DNA from: a virus
Lineage: Duplodnaviria > Caudoviricetes
DNA: 45,432 nucleotides
Virus record (IMG/VR): IMGVR_UViG_3300012953_000053
Coordinates: 1 to 45,432 of that record
Reading direction: 5' to 3' (one strand)
Shown: piece after piece, positions 8,419 through 16,668 of the stretch
How positions within the stretch are numbered: the stretch's first letter is position 1
Layout: each line of letters begins with the position of its first letter
Position numbers and translations under genes: made by a program
Notes under the pieces: generated by a model
Told to the model about the DNA's origin: nothing
Database searches by the model: none
The model's input: the letters and a program-made list of their open reading frames with translations, nothing else

Positions 8419-8535
8419 TTAATTAAGTCCAGCTAAGAATAATAATGCCGGTCCTACACCTAATGTAAGTGCAAGTATAGCGATAAATTCGAAACCGGAT
8501 CTAATTGATTGTTTGTGCTTTCTTACGTAGCCCAT
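8419..8535 (-). CDS. small hydrophobic peptide (38 aa), not in ORF track
   Basis: MGYVRKHKQSIRSGFEFIAILALTLGVGPALLFLAGLN; AGGAG SD upstream. Confidence 0.65.
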   Translation of the reverse strand: MGYVRKHKQSIRSGFEFIAILALTLGVGPALLFLAGLN

Positions 8536-8587
8536 TTCAATCTCCTAGTAAATAAGTTAAACTTTTCTACTAGGTTTCTCTAATTCA

Positions 8588-9040
8588 TCATTTTATATTA
8601 AATGATTTCTTCGTTGATGCCCCAGTAGATCCTATATCGATCTTCCTTGGACGCCTTTCTTTTGGAATCTCTACTCTAGCATATACTACGAGTATTCCAT
8701 CCTCGAAATCGGCACCATCTATTACGCAAAATTCTGAGAGGCGGAAGCTCTTCTCAAACTTGCGGGATGAAATACCTTTGTATACGAACTCACGCCCATC
8801 ATTAGGCATCTCGCCTTTGATCTTTAGAATACCATCCTTAACTTCAACTTGAATGTCTTCTTTCTTGAAGCCAGCTAAAGCTAACTCAATTAGGAATTTC
8901 TCCTCATCGATCTTAACCACATTATGTGGTGGATAGTTATCGTTGGATCTAGCTGAAGAATGAATTCTCTCCAACTCATCAAATAGGCTATCAAAGCCTA
9001 CAAATAAAGAACGCGGTACGTTCATTGTGTTTCTTACCAT
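8588..9040 (-). CDS. hsp20: small heat shock protein (Hsp20/IbpA-like)
   Basis: NYPPHNVVK, IELALAGF, YKGISSRKF, ADFEDGIL, PRKIDI alpha-crystallin domain motifs. Confidence 0.95.
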   Translation of the reverse strand: MVRNTMNVPRSLFVGFDSLFDELERIHSSARSNDNYPPHNVVKIDEEKFLIELALAGFKKEDIQVEVKDGILKIKGEMPNDGREFVYKGISSRKFEKSFRLSEFCVIDGADFEDGILVVYARVEIPKERRPRKIDIGSTGASTKKSFNIK

Positions 9041-9100
9041 CTTTAGTTCCTCCTATTAAATAGCAAGGTTATTGGGAACCCGACCCTCGGCGTTCCTCAG
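9041..9100 (-). promoter_or_regulatory. ROSE-like RNA thermometer in hsp20 5' UTR
   Basis: two hairpins; the 3' one CCUU-G-CUAU/AUAG-GAGG pairs the UUGCU motif with the SD leaving a bulged G. Confidence 0.75.
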
Positions 9101-9104
9101 TATA

Positions 9105-9112
9105 TATTTATA
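9105..9112 (-). promoter_or_regulatory. late promoter of hsp20
   Basis: TATAAATA immediately upstream of the structured leader. Confidence 0.75.
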
Positions 9113-9117
9113 CGCAA

Positions 9118-9546
9118 TTACTCTTTAGGTTGAGAATTACCTATATTATATTTTGGACATAGTTCCCACATATGTTTGTCTTTGTAAGATATTACCTTAA
9201 CCTGACGAAGTGGTGCTATATCCTTAGCAGCTTCTGGATTAAGAATTGTAACTAATCCCCAATCTGCTAATAGTGTAGCAATAGTGTTCCTACGCTGCAC
9301 ATCATTCTCCACTAGATTGGAAGGTTTCCCATCTAATAAGAATAATTCTTTAAAATGTACTATGAAATAACGTCCTTGTTTGTGTAAGATATGACAAGAT
9401 TGAAATAGCTTATTATCTTTTCTAGAAGCTACACCTATTCTTGTTAATGTTTCCCTTACCTTAAGGAAGTCATCTGGCTCGTTTAATGTGATTTCCAGCA
9501 TATCCGCAGGAGCCCAATCGTTAACTGGTTTGTTTTGTTCTTCCAC
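9118..9546 (-). CDS. regA: translational repressor RegA
   Basis: EPDDFLKVRETLTRIGVAS, LFQSCHILHKQGRYFIVHFKELF, WELCPKYNIG. Confidence 0.97.
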   Translation of the reverse strand: MEEQNKPVNDWAPADMLEITLNEPDDFLKVRETLTRIGVASRKDNKLFQSCHILHKQGRYFIVHFKELFLLDGKPSNLVENDVQRRNTIATLLADWGLVTILNPEAAKDIAPLRQVKVISYKDKHMWELCPKYNIGNSQPKE

Positions 9547-9910
9547 CTTTATAAATCCTTTCTTTCAAATCTTCAATTTGATTATTATTTAATAATGACA
9601 ATACAGATTTAGCTTTTTCATTGCTATACCCATAATATTCTTTAACAATCTCTAAGTTCTCATAATTGAGGGGTTTTAACCACTTAGAGAATCTATTTTT
9701 CTTTCTAATAGTATTTATGAAAAAATCGAATTGAAGGCGCGCATCTAGATGATGATATTGATTCATTAGATTTGCATATAATATAGTATCTTGGAAATTA
9801 GATAGTGATCTATTCACCATAAATGCATTGTAATCTTTCTCAGCTATATCATCCACCATTATATCTTTCTTGGTGGTATTGATTGCTTTTACATACTCAA
9901 ATGGATTCAC
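9521..9910 (-). CDS. gp62: clamp loader small subunit
   Basis: PFEYVKAIN, YNAFMVNRSLS, RKKNRFSKW, VKEYYGYSNEKA; position between gp44 and regA. Confidence 0.9.
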   Translation of the reverse strand: MNPFEYVKAINTTKKDIMVDDIAEKDYNAFMVNRSLSNFQDTILYANLMNQYHHLDARLQFDFFINTIRKKNRFSKWLKPLNYENLEIVKEYYGYSNEKAKSVLSLLNNNQIEDLKERIYKGGRTKQTS

Positions 9911-10070
9911 TTTTATAATAACTCAATTGTGCTTGTTGTTGGGTAACAGTTTTATGTAATTTATTAACCATATCATTTAGTTCTGCAATCCTCTTTTGGC
10001 ATGCTGCTAATTGACCTTGTAGATCTTTTACATTCTGTTCTAATATCTTTATTGTATCGTCTTTTTTCAT
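9897..10070 (-). CDS. small coiled-coil protein (57 aa), not in ORF track
   Basis: MKKDDTIKILEQNVKDLQGQLAACQKRIAELNDMVNKLHKTVTQQQAQLSYYKSESI; ATGA overlap with gp44 stop. Confidence 0.7.
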   Translation of the reverse strand: MKKDDTIKILEQNVKDLQGQLAACQKRIAELNDMVNKLHKTVTQQQAQLSYYKSESI

Positions 10071-11008
10071 TTAAATTGTACCTGTGTCATAGCTTCTGTT
10101 AAACATGCAACCATATTTAATTCATGGTCTGCAACAAAAGCATTCTTATATTGATAATCAGCTAATATGAGTACAAATTGTGGAATTGATTTAGGTTCAA
10201 CTCTATCATTCATAGCATCATATAACTTCCTAAAGATTGAAGCTGGTTCAGCATCCATATTGTCTGTGACCCATTGTCTCATAGCTTTAAAGTTCTTTGT
10301 CTTAAGGTAAGTAATTAAATCTATGATAGCTAAATCTGCTATCTGTGCTATTAATATACTTGATTCAATTTTACCTGAAGCTGAATGTCTTTGTAATTCA
10401 TTAATAATCCTACGCCAATCTGGTTGATGTTTTAATATTAATTCAGCTATTACCTCTTTCTCATATTCGATTGGACCTTCACAATTTAAAATGTAACAAC
10501 ATCTATCAAGGAATTCCATACATAATTTTGGCATATCCTTCTTAGGGATATTAAACTCTACCACTGCACATCTTGAATGTAGTGGTTCAATAATTCTATT
10601 CTTAAAATTACACGTAAGAATGAATCTACAATTCGAAGAGAATTCTTCCATGAATGCTCTGAGAGCAGGTTGGGTGGACTGGGGGTTTAGATAATCAGCT
10701 TCATCTAATATAACCACCTTGTATCCACCCGAAAGAGATACGCTTGATGCGAATTGTTTTATCTTTGTTCTTAGTGTATCAATTCCGGATTCTTCTGATC
10801 CGTTAATCATTAAGTAATCTAAACCGAGCTCATAGCAAAGTGCTTTTGCAATTGTGGTTTTACCTGTGCCGGCTGTGCCGGTGAGAAGCATATTGTGCAG
10901 TTCACCTCCGTTAACAATATCTTCGAAAGTTTTCTTTATCGATTTAGGTAATATACAATCTTGTATGAGCTGAGGTCTATACTTTTCTACCCAGAGAAAT
11001 TCATTCAC
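10067..11008 (-). CDS. gp44: clamp loader large (AAA+) subunit
   Basis: LWVEKYRP, Walker A GTAGTGKT, Walker B ILDEAD, SRC motif. Confidence 0.97.
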   Translation of the reverse strand: MNEFLWVEKYRPQLIQDCILPKSIKKTFEDIVNGGELHNMLLTGTAGTGKTTIAKALCYELGLDYLMINGSEESGIDTLRTKIKQFASSVSLSGGYKVVILDEADYLNPQSTQPALRAFMEEFSSNCRFILTCNFKNRIIEPLHSRCAVVEFNIPKKDMPKLCMEFLDRCCYILNCEGPIEYEKEVIAELILKHQPDWRRIINELQRHSASGKIESSILIAQIADLAIIDLITYLKTKNFKAMRQWVTDNMDAEPASIFRKLYDAMNDRVEPKSIPQFVLILADYQYKNAFVADHELNMVACLTEAMTQVQFK

Positions 11009-11267
11009 CTAGAACCTCCCAACCTTTCACAGTATCTAATCTAAAACTTCTCCATTGATTCTTATCCAAAGACCATACTGGAAAATGTTCCATATCATCT
11101 GCGGATATCTTATCGAAGTTTATTGGAGCTTCATTAGCTTCTAGAACTACGGGGTTGAGGGTACAAGGCATAACTCTGAGTTCGCCTGTGTCGATCTTTT
11201 GAAAGGTGACCGTAACCGTGCCTTTCTTTAAGGCTGTTAATAATCTGTGTTTTTCACTTGTTTCCAT
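11001..11267 (-). CDS. WYL-like / SH3-barrel small protein
   Basis: VTVTFQKIDTGELRVMPCTL...VWSLDKNQWRSFRLD (WRSFR signature). Confidence 0.7.
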   Translation of the reverse strand: METSEKHRLLTALKKGTVTVTFQKIDTGELRVMPCTLNPVVLEANEAPINFDKISADDMEHFPVWSLDKNQWRSFRLDTVKGWEVLGE

Positions 11268-11292
11268 AATATTTCCTATAATATAAACTGAA

Positions 11293-11309
11293 GGGGAGCT
11301 AAGCTCCCC
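11293..11309 (-). terminator. intrinsic terminator
   Basis: GGGGAGC-tta-GCTCCCC followed by TTCAGTTT on minus strand, just after the 84-aa gene. Confidence 0.7.
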
Positions 11310-11316
11310 GTCATGA

Positions 11317-11571
11317 TTAAGATTCAGTTACTGAATCTTCTTCGGCTTCTGCAACTGGGACTTCGCCCGCAGGTGCTTCACCATCTTTTGGTGCATTCGC
11401 ATTAACGAAAGAAACAAATCTTTCTCTTAATCCGCCAACACTAGCCAATTCAGGACCTTCAAACCCACCACGCCTCGAACAAATATCAATTATTTGAACG
11501 GCTGTCGCGATGTCTTGGAGGGAAAGTCCAGGAGCTTGGCCTTGCTCTTGGTTTACTACTTCTTCAGTCAT
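11317..11571 (-). CDS. conserved myovirus hypothetical protein
   Basis: LSLQDI...IIDICSRRGGFEGPELASVG core; strong SD AAGGAG; own late promoter and terminator. Confidence 0.7.
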   Translation of the reverse strand: MTEEVVNQEQGQAPGLSLQDIATAVQIIDICSRRGGFEGPELASVGGLRERFVSFVNANAPKDGEAPAGEVPVAEAEEDSVTES

Positions 11572-11661
11572 TTTTTTCTCCTTGCAAGTAGACTAATTAA
11601 GAAGGGCCGATCATTCGCACCCTTCACCTTATCCTCATAATTAAATGAGAAATCTTTATTA

Positions 11662-11669
11662 TATTTATA
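11662..11669 (-). promoter_or_regulatory. late promoter
   Basis: TATAAATA overlapping gp45 stop codon. Confidence 0.7.
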
Positions 11670-12336
11670 CGTCAAACTCTGATCCGTTTTCTAAAGCTAT
11701 AAAATAATTTATTGGATAATCAGTATTGGTCCAATGTGAGATTAACTTGGAACTTATATTCACATAGTAATCCCCTTTAAATAGCTTTAAGTTTGGTATA
11801 CTAAAGATAAATTTAAATGCCTTATCACATGCATTGGTTTCATCTAGAGTTAAACTAAATACGTTTGAAGTTTTATCCTGAGGATCATATACCTCAGCTT
11901 TAATAACCCCATCAGCACCAGTAATTAATAACTCATCGTGAGCTAATACTGATGATGCTCTTCTTAAACTATCCATTTGTTCTGTTGAAACATTAAAGGA
12001 TACTTCAGGATCTGGCATATTGATTTCTTTCTCAGGTGTGGTTAACATTTCTTTTTGTGAATAGAAATATCTAACATTGGCACCTGAACCGAGGACCTTC
12101 ACGCTATCATCGCTAAAGTCTAGGTTGGGATCATCCACTAACCCAAGCACAGACAGGAATTCATTTAAATCATAAATCCCAAACTCCTGCGGAAAGTCCT
12201 CAGTAATCTCGGCTGAAGCCATAATGTTTTTAGCTTCGGCAATTGTTTTAAGCTGTTGACCTGGACTAATCAATATATTAGGATTAATCGAAGCGAAGTT
12301 GCTTAGTACTTCTAACGTTTCTTTACTTATTTGCAT
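11665..12336 (-). CDS. gp45: sliding clamp
   Basis: MQISKETLEVLSNFASINPNI, FGIYDLNEFL, YFIALE; start moved to ATG 12336 (GAGGA SD). Confidence 0.95.
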   Translation of the reverse strand: MQISKETLEVLSNFASINPNILISPGQQLKTIAEAKNIMASAEITEDFPQEFGIYDLNEFLSVLGLVDDPNLDFSDDSVKVLGSGANVRYFYSQKEMLTTPEKEINMPDPEVSFNVSTEQMDSLRRASSVLAHDELLITGADGVIKAEVYDPQDKTSNVFSLTLDETNACDKAFKFIFSIPNLKLFKGDYYVNISSKLISHWTNTDYPINYFIALENGSEFDV

Positions 12337-12619
12337 TATCATTTTCCTCATCATGAATAGATAAAGCAATAATCGCATAGTGCAATACCTTCATAAGATC
12401 TTTTCTGTGATCTTCGGGTATACCTTTACGCCCATAACGTTGTGCGTATTTCAAGATATTACCTATTGCGAAACCTATACCATGACCACAATCAACAATA
12501 AACTCCGTAGATTGGAATTTGTTTTTGCTATAATGTGAATCATAGGTTTTATCTATATAAGAAGCTAACTCTTTGCAGAGATCAGCTTCGTTAAATTTGT
12601 AATCTATTTTGTTACTCAT
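12323..12619 (-). CDS. DUF3310 (SaV-like) family protein
   Basis: HY...GFAIGNILKYAQRYGRKG...DLMKVLHY. Confidence 0.75.
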   Translation of the reverse strand: MSNKIDYKFNEADLCKELASYIDKTYDSHYSKNKFQSTEFIVDCGHGIGFAIGNILKYAQRYGRKGIPEDHRKDLMKVLHYAIIALSIHDEENDNANK

Positions 12620-12626
12620 AGTGTAT

Positions 12627-12655
12627 ATTATACCATAGTTTGGGTGAAAAGTAAA
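12627..12655 (-). promoter_or_regulatory. T4-type early promoter; leaderless transcript likely
   Basis: gggTTTACT-17 bp-TATAAT, ATG 7 nt downstream. Confidence 0.8.
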
Positions 12656-12658
12656 CCC

Positions 12659-13837
12659 TTATATTTTATCATTATACTCCTCATTGGCTCTTTCTTCAGG
12701 ATCATAATCTGGATGCTCGTTTTCGAGGTCCATATCAACTCCAGAATCGACCTTAGTATAAAGATCTAAGAAAGCTTCGATTGTATCATCATCGAATCTG
12801 TTGAGACAAAGGTTGATAGATTTCATTCTATCGTTGAAGATAGAGTAAGTTTGAACTATATGGCAAAGCCTTCTAGTTGAAATAACTTCATCGACACCAT
12901 CATCATAAAATGTTTTTCTTATGATATCAGCCCAGTCAATAAGCTTATCTATAAATTCAGGATCTGAAGCACCGAATTTGTCAAAGTGCTTATTAAGAAT
13001 TTTCTTCTCGATAGATGGAGAAGCAAACTTTTGATCAACTGAGATAGTAAATCTTTCTAGGAAAGCTTCGTCGATTATAGTAGCTGCTGTAAATCTTCCA
13101 TCTTCGGAACCTTTACCTTTAGTGTTAGCAGTAGCTATAACGTTGAAACCATTTGCTGGTTTAACAACCTCACCAGTCTTTTTAACTAGTACTGGTTTAC
13201 CTTCCAAGATACCTTGTAAGCACATGATCTTATTTGTAGCTCTATCAATCTCATCAAGAAGAAGGATAGCTCCATTTTCCATTGCTTTTAGGACTGGACC
13301 TTTAGCGAATACTGTTTCGCCGTTAACTAATCTAAATCCACCAAGTAAATCATCTTCATCCGTTTCTGGATTAATTTGAACCCTAATGAATTCTCTATTT
13401 AGCTTAGCAGCTGCTTGCTCGACCATAAAGGTTTTACCATTACCAGAAAGACCAGATATATAAACTGGATAAAACATTTCTGATTTAATAACCTTAACTA
13501 CATCAGCGTAAGCGCCCCAAGCTACGAAAGTTGGATCAACTTCTGCAAAGGTTCTTTCTTTGTTAACCACTGATTGTGGTGCCATTGCAGCCACTTGGGT
13601 TGGTAAAGGAAGAACATTAGTTTGTTCCTGTCTAATAGGTTCAACCAAATGCGCTAGGTTATACCAACCAACTCTAGATCTAAACTCACCATTTATCAAG
13701 GGTAAGTAATCAGACTTTTTATAGCCTAGATCAGCAGCGGTTGAAGTGATTTGTTGAGTCTTAAACTCAGTAGAATCTGGATTTCTTTTTACGAGTTCTT
13801 CCAGTATTATCTCGGTGGATTTTTTCATATCATTCAT
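12659..13837 (-). CDS. MoxR/CobS-like AAA+ ATPase
   Basis: GLSGNGKT, DEDDLLGG, LLLDEID, ATANTKGKG, DEAFLERF, ISTRRL. Confidence 0.92.
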   Translation of the reverse strand: MNDMKKSTEIILEELVKRNPDSTEFKTQQITSTAADLGYKKSDYLPLINGEFRSRVGWYNLAHLVEPIRQEQTNVLPLPTQVAAMAPQSVVNKERTFAEVDPTFVAWGAYADVVKVIKSEMFYPVYISGLSGNGKTFMVEQAAAKLNREFIRVQINPETDEDDLLGGFRLVNGETVFAKGPVLKAMENGAILLLDEIDRATNKIMCLQGILEGKPVLVKKTGEVVKPANGFNVIATANTKGKGSEDGRFTAATIIDEAFLERFTISVDQKFASPSIEKKILNKHFDKFGASDPEFIDKLIDWADIIRKTFYDDGVDEVISTRRLCHIVQTYSIFNDRMKSINLCLNRFDDDTIEAFLDLYTKVDSGVDMDLENEHPDYDPEERANEEYNDKI

Positions 13838-13872
13838 AATAAATTTAACTCCTTATATTATTTTTTATTATA

Positions 13873-13944
13873 GGTACCATTATACCATAGTTTTGGGTCT
13901 TTGTAAACCTTTTTTTGCATCTTTTTCGTAACAATTTCGTCACA
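13873..13944 (-). promoter_or_regulatory. early promoter with upstream A-tract and GTNAC direct repeat (copy 1 of ~70-bp duplicated element)
   Basis: -10 13879-13884, -35 13902-13907 (17-bp spacer); GTAAC/GTCAC at 13928 and 13939; near-identical to 16203-16274. Confidence 0.8.
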
Positions 13945-13945
13945 G

Positions 13946-16174
13946 TTAAGCTACTGCCTTACCAAAATTAGTTAAGATTGATTTATTGTTCTTCTTAGAA
14001 GATGAGAACTTTTTGAATGAAGTTCTAATCTTAGCTATTGAATCTTCACTAGAAGCACTAAACTCATCTGAATCTGTTGAGAGCTTACCGTGTCCTTTTA
14101 CTAGGTAGTAGTTGTCATATCCTAAGACGTTTTCTTTAGAAACACATTTGAACTTTCTGTATTCTTTATTAGCTTCTTTTTTATCTTCAGGAGTTCCCAT
14201 ATCCATTCTCCAAAGCATGTTGTTCCAATTGTGTGAGCTATCTGAAACAAAGAATCCTAAGGTTCTGCAATTATATCTTTTCTGGATATTCCCTAGAAGA
14301 ACTTTAGTTAATTCTCTACCTCTTCCACCATCATGTCTTATTTGTTTTCCATCGATTTCTAAAACTGTATCATAATAGCTATATCTAGACTCAGCGTGAT
14401 TATCCATTGAATAATCTCTATAAGCGTTTAGGCCATTTGAATCACCATCAGATAGAACGATTAGATTCATCTTTTGAACTGCGTGCTTACCTTTGAATTC
14501 TTTAACCATTTTATGAGCAAGAACTAAAGCATCATTTAAAGGTGTAGATCCAAACTCTTCACATCTTCCTGTGACTGCGTATTCACTAACCGACTCGTCA
14601 CCATCCCAATCCCATCTACTTTCATTACCAATCTTTTTAAGATAAAGACCAAGCAAGGCTTCTTCAAAGTCTTTTTTCTTTAAAGAAGAACTAATTAATA
14701 GAGGTATGCTAACATCACCCATAGCTATTTCGCCATCTCTTTGACCAATAAGATCATCTCGTTCTCTATTGTTTGTAGTAAAAGCATATACGTCGAAAGG
14801 TATATTAACTGCTTTGCAGAAAACGACTAAATGTATAAGTTGATCTAAGACGTGGTGTAAAGTACCGGACATTGAACCAGAGTAATCGATGAACATCATC
14901 ATGCCATGGTTCTTAGCATCTGCTAAATTAGTAACTCTAGCAAATATATCTTCGTTTGTTTTATAAGACCAAACTTTGTTAACATCCAAGGAACCTGATT
15001 TAGCAGTTTGGGCTCTTGACCATTGATAAGCTGCCTTTCTCATTTCAAATTCTTTTACTGCGTAGTTAGCAGATTTCTTAACTTGTTTGTGGTAAGCGTC
15101 AAATTCTTGTTTTAATTTAGCTCTTTTTTCAGAACCATTCATTCGATCGTCGTTATACCATCTGTCCCAAGCTTTCTCTCTTTGAGCTTTAACTTCTTTA
15201 TAAGGTTTTATTACGGTATCTCTAACTTGCTTATTAGGCTCTCTCATGTATAGAGGTTGTGCACCTCTTTCATTATTACCTTCGATTAGGTCTTTTTCTG
15301 CTCTTCTGAAAATCTCATCAGTAGTTGACGTATCTGCATCTTTTTCAGGCTCTGGAGAATATTCCCCATCTTTAGATTCCTCAGTAGGCTCTTCATCGGA
15401 AGAATTTTCGGGAGTTTCTGATTTTGTATTTCCCTCTTCTTCTTCATCTCCTTCATCAGAAGCTTCGCTTGAAGGTGCGTTATTTTCTTCTTCTTCATTT
15501 GATTCTTCTCCTGGCATATAATCATCATGGCCAGAGCTAGTAGGATCATCTTCCATCTCTTGATCACCATTTGGTAAATCAAGATCAGGTGCATTGTCCT
15601 CAGGTTGCTCTAATAATTCAGATTGGTTTTCTTGAGTGTAAGTTAAGATCTCTCTACAAAGCTGAACCACCTCATCAAATGTTGTAGTGGTAAATGCTCT
15701 ATCAAAGAAAGATTTTTCTTCTGGGGAAAATGGTACTTCGATCATATCCCCTAATTTAGCTTTTAGATTTATTTTATCTATGAGTTTAACTCTTTCATAA
15801 TCTAGATCATCTATATCACCAAAGAATTCTCTATCCAACAGATCCATATATCCCCTTTTAAAAGGACCAACTAATCCTGGATAATCGTTCTGTACAAATC
15901 TTTCTATACGAGCATCTTCTATAACATTCATATAAGATCTTGGTACACCTTCGATTTTCTTTGGGCTATCGTGCCATCCTTCATATGGGGTATATAGCGC
16001 GTGACCGACCTCATGACCTATAAAAAGATCATAAGTGTCTTTTGGCATATCTTTCCAAAGAGGAAGACCTAAGATTCTGTTCTTAATATCGAACCAAGCA
16101 GTTTTATAGTTACCATGCTGGATAGTTAGGTTCTCTTTTGCGAGTAGCTTTGCTATTGTTTTATTATGATTCAT
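13946..16174 (-). CDS. metallopeptidase-like + VWA domain protein (CobT-like partner of MoxR ATPase)
   Basis: HEVGH (HExxH), NVIEDARIE, long acidic linker, MIDAS DYSGSM, STPL, LSDGDS. Confidence 0.88.
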   Translation of the reverse strand: MNHNKTIAKLLAKENLTIQHGNYKTAWFDIKNRILGLPLWKDMPKDTYDLFIGHEVGHALYTPYEGWHDSPKKIEGVPRSYMNVIEDARIERFVQNDYPGLVGPFKRGYMDLLDREFFGDIDDLDYERVKLIDKINLKAKLGDMIEVPFSPEEKSFFDRAFTTTTFDEVVQLCREILTYTQENQSELLEQPEDNAPDLDLPNGDQEMEDDPTSSGHDDYMPGEESNEEEENNAPSSEASDEGDEEEEGNTKSETPENSSDEEPTEESKDGEYSPEPEKDADTSTTDEIFRRAEKDLIEGNNERGAQPLYMREPNKQVRDTVIKPYKEVKAQREKAWDRWYNDDRMNGSEKRAKLKQEFDAYHKQVKKSANYAVKEFEMRKAAYQWSRAQTAKSGSLDVNKVWSYKTNEDIFARVTNLADAKNHGMMMFIDYSGSMSGTLHHVLDQLIHLVVFCKAVNIPFDVYAFTTNNRERDDLIGQRDGEIAMGDVSIPLLISSSLKKKDFEEALLGLYLKKIGNESRWDWDGDESVSEYAVTGRCEEFGSTPLNDALVLAHKMVKEFKGKHAVQKMNLIVLSDGDSNGLNAYRDYSMDNHAESRYSYYDTVLEIDGKQIRHDGGRGRELTKVLLGNIQKRYNCRTLGFFVSDSSHNWNNMLWRMDMGTPEDKKEANKEYRKFKCVSKENVLGYDNYYLVKGHGKLSTDSDEFSASSEDSIAKIRTSFKKFSSSKKNNKSILTNFGKAVA

Positions 16175-16202
16175 TAAACTCCTTACTTTTTAATTGAATA
16201 TG

Positions 16203-16274
16203 GGTACCATTATACCACATTTTTGACCCCTTGTAAACCTTTTTTTTCATCTTTTTCGTCACAATCACGTCACG
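16203..16274 (-). promoter_or_regulatory. early promoter with upstream A-tract and GTCAC direct repeat (copy 2)
   Basis: -10 16209-16214, -35 16232-16237; GTCAC at 16258 and 16269. Confidence 0.8.
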
Positions 16275-16282
16275 AACTGGGA

Positions 16283-16555
16283 TTATAATTTATCCCAGAT
16301 CAGCTGATCAGCATCTTTGATTGCTTTTAATAATAGTCTCATATGACTCATACCGTAGTGACCTCTGCAAGGATAGCTTACGCCTTTTGCATCAGGTCTT
16401 GAGCAACCTTTTCCTGGTGTATGATAATCGATTGCTATTCCATACTGTTTCAAAGCGCCTGACCAATCTGGTGCTTTATATCCATATCTGAAAACTATTT
16501 GATCCATAACTTGATCGTCTGTTAAATGTCCTTGTACTTTATCTTGGTTTGTCAT
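16283..16555 (-). CDS. hypothetical early protein (90 aa)
   Basis: ORF with strong SD TAAGGAG and dedicated promoter. Confidence 0.7.
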   Translation of the reverse strand: MTNQDKVQGHLTDDQVMDQIVFRYGYKAPDWSGALKQYGIAIDYHTPGKGCSRPDAKGVSYPCRGHYGMSHMRLLLKAIKDADQLIWDKL

Positions 16556-16586
16556 TTTTACTCCTTATTGTTTAAATGATATGATC

Positions 16587-16615
16587 ATTATACCATAAAA
16601 AAGGAGCCTTGTAAA
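16587..16615 (-). promoter_or_regulatory. early promoter
   Basis: TTTACA-17 bp-TATAAT with TGG extension. Confidence 0.75.
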
Positions 16616-16618
16616 TCG

Positions 16619-16647
16619 TTTGTTACGATTTGTTACGATTTGTTACG
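16619..16647. repeat. tandem 10-bp repeat (TTTGTTACGA x ~3)
   Basis: tttgttacga tttgttacga tttgttacg directly upstream of the -35 box. Confidence 0.9.
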
Positions 16648-16668
16648 GATCGAATTAAAAACGGGGGT

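Noticed and set aside
12659-13837. cobS as a cobalamin-biosynthesis auxiliary metabolic gene
   Set aside because: No cobN or other cob genes; sequence only supports a generic MoxR-type AAA+ ATPase
16619-16647. Tandem repeat considered as a mini-CRISPR array
   Set aside because: 10-bp units with no spacers; no cas genes
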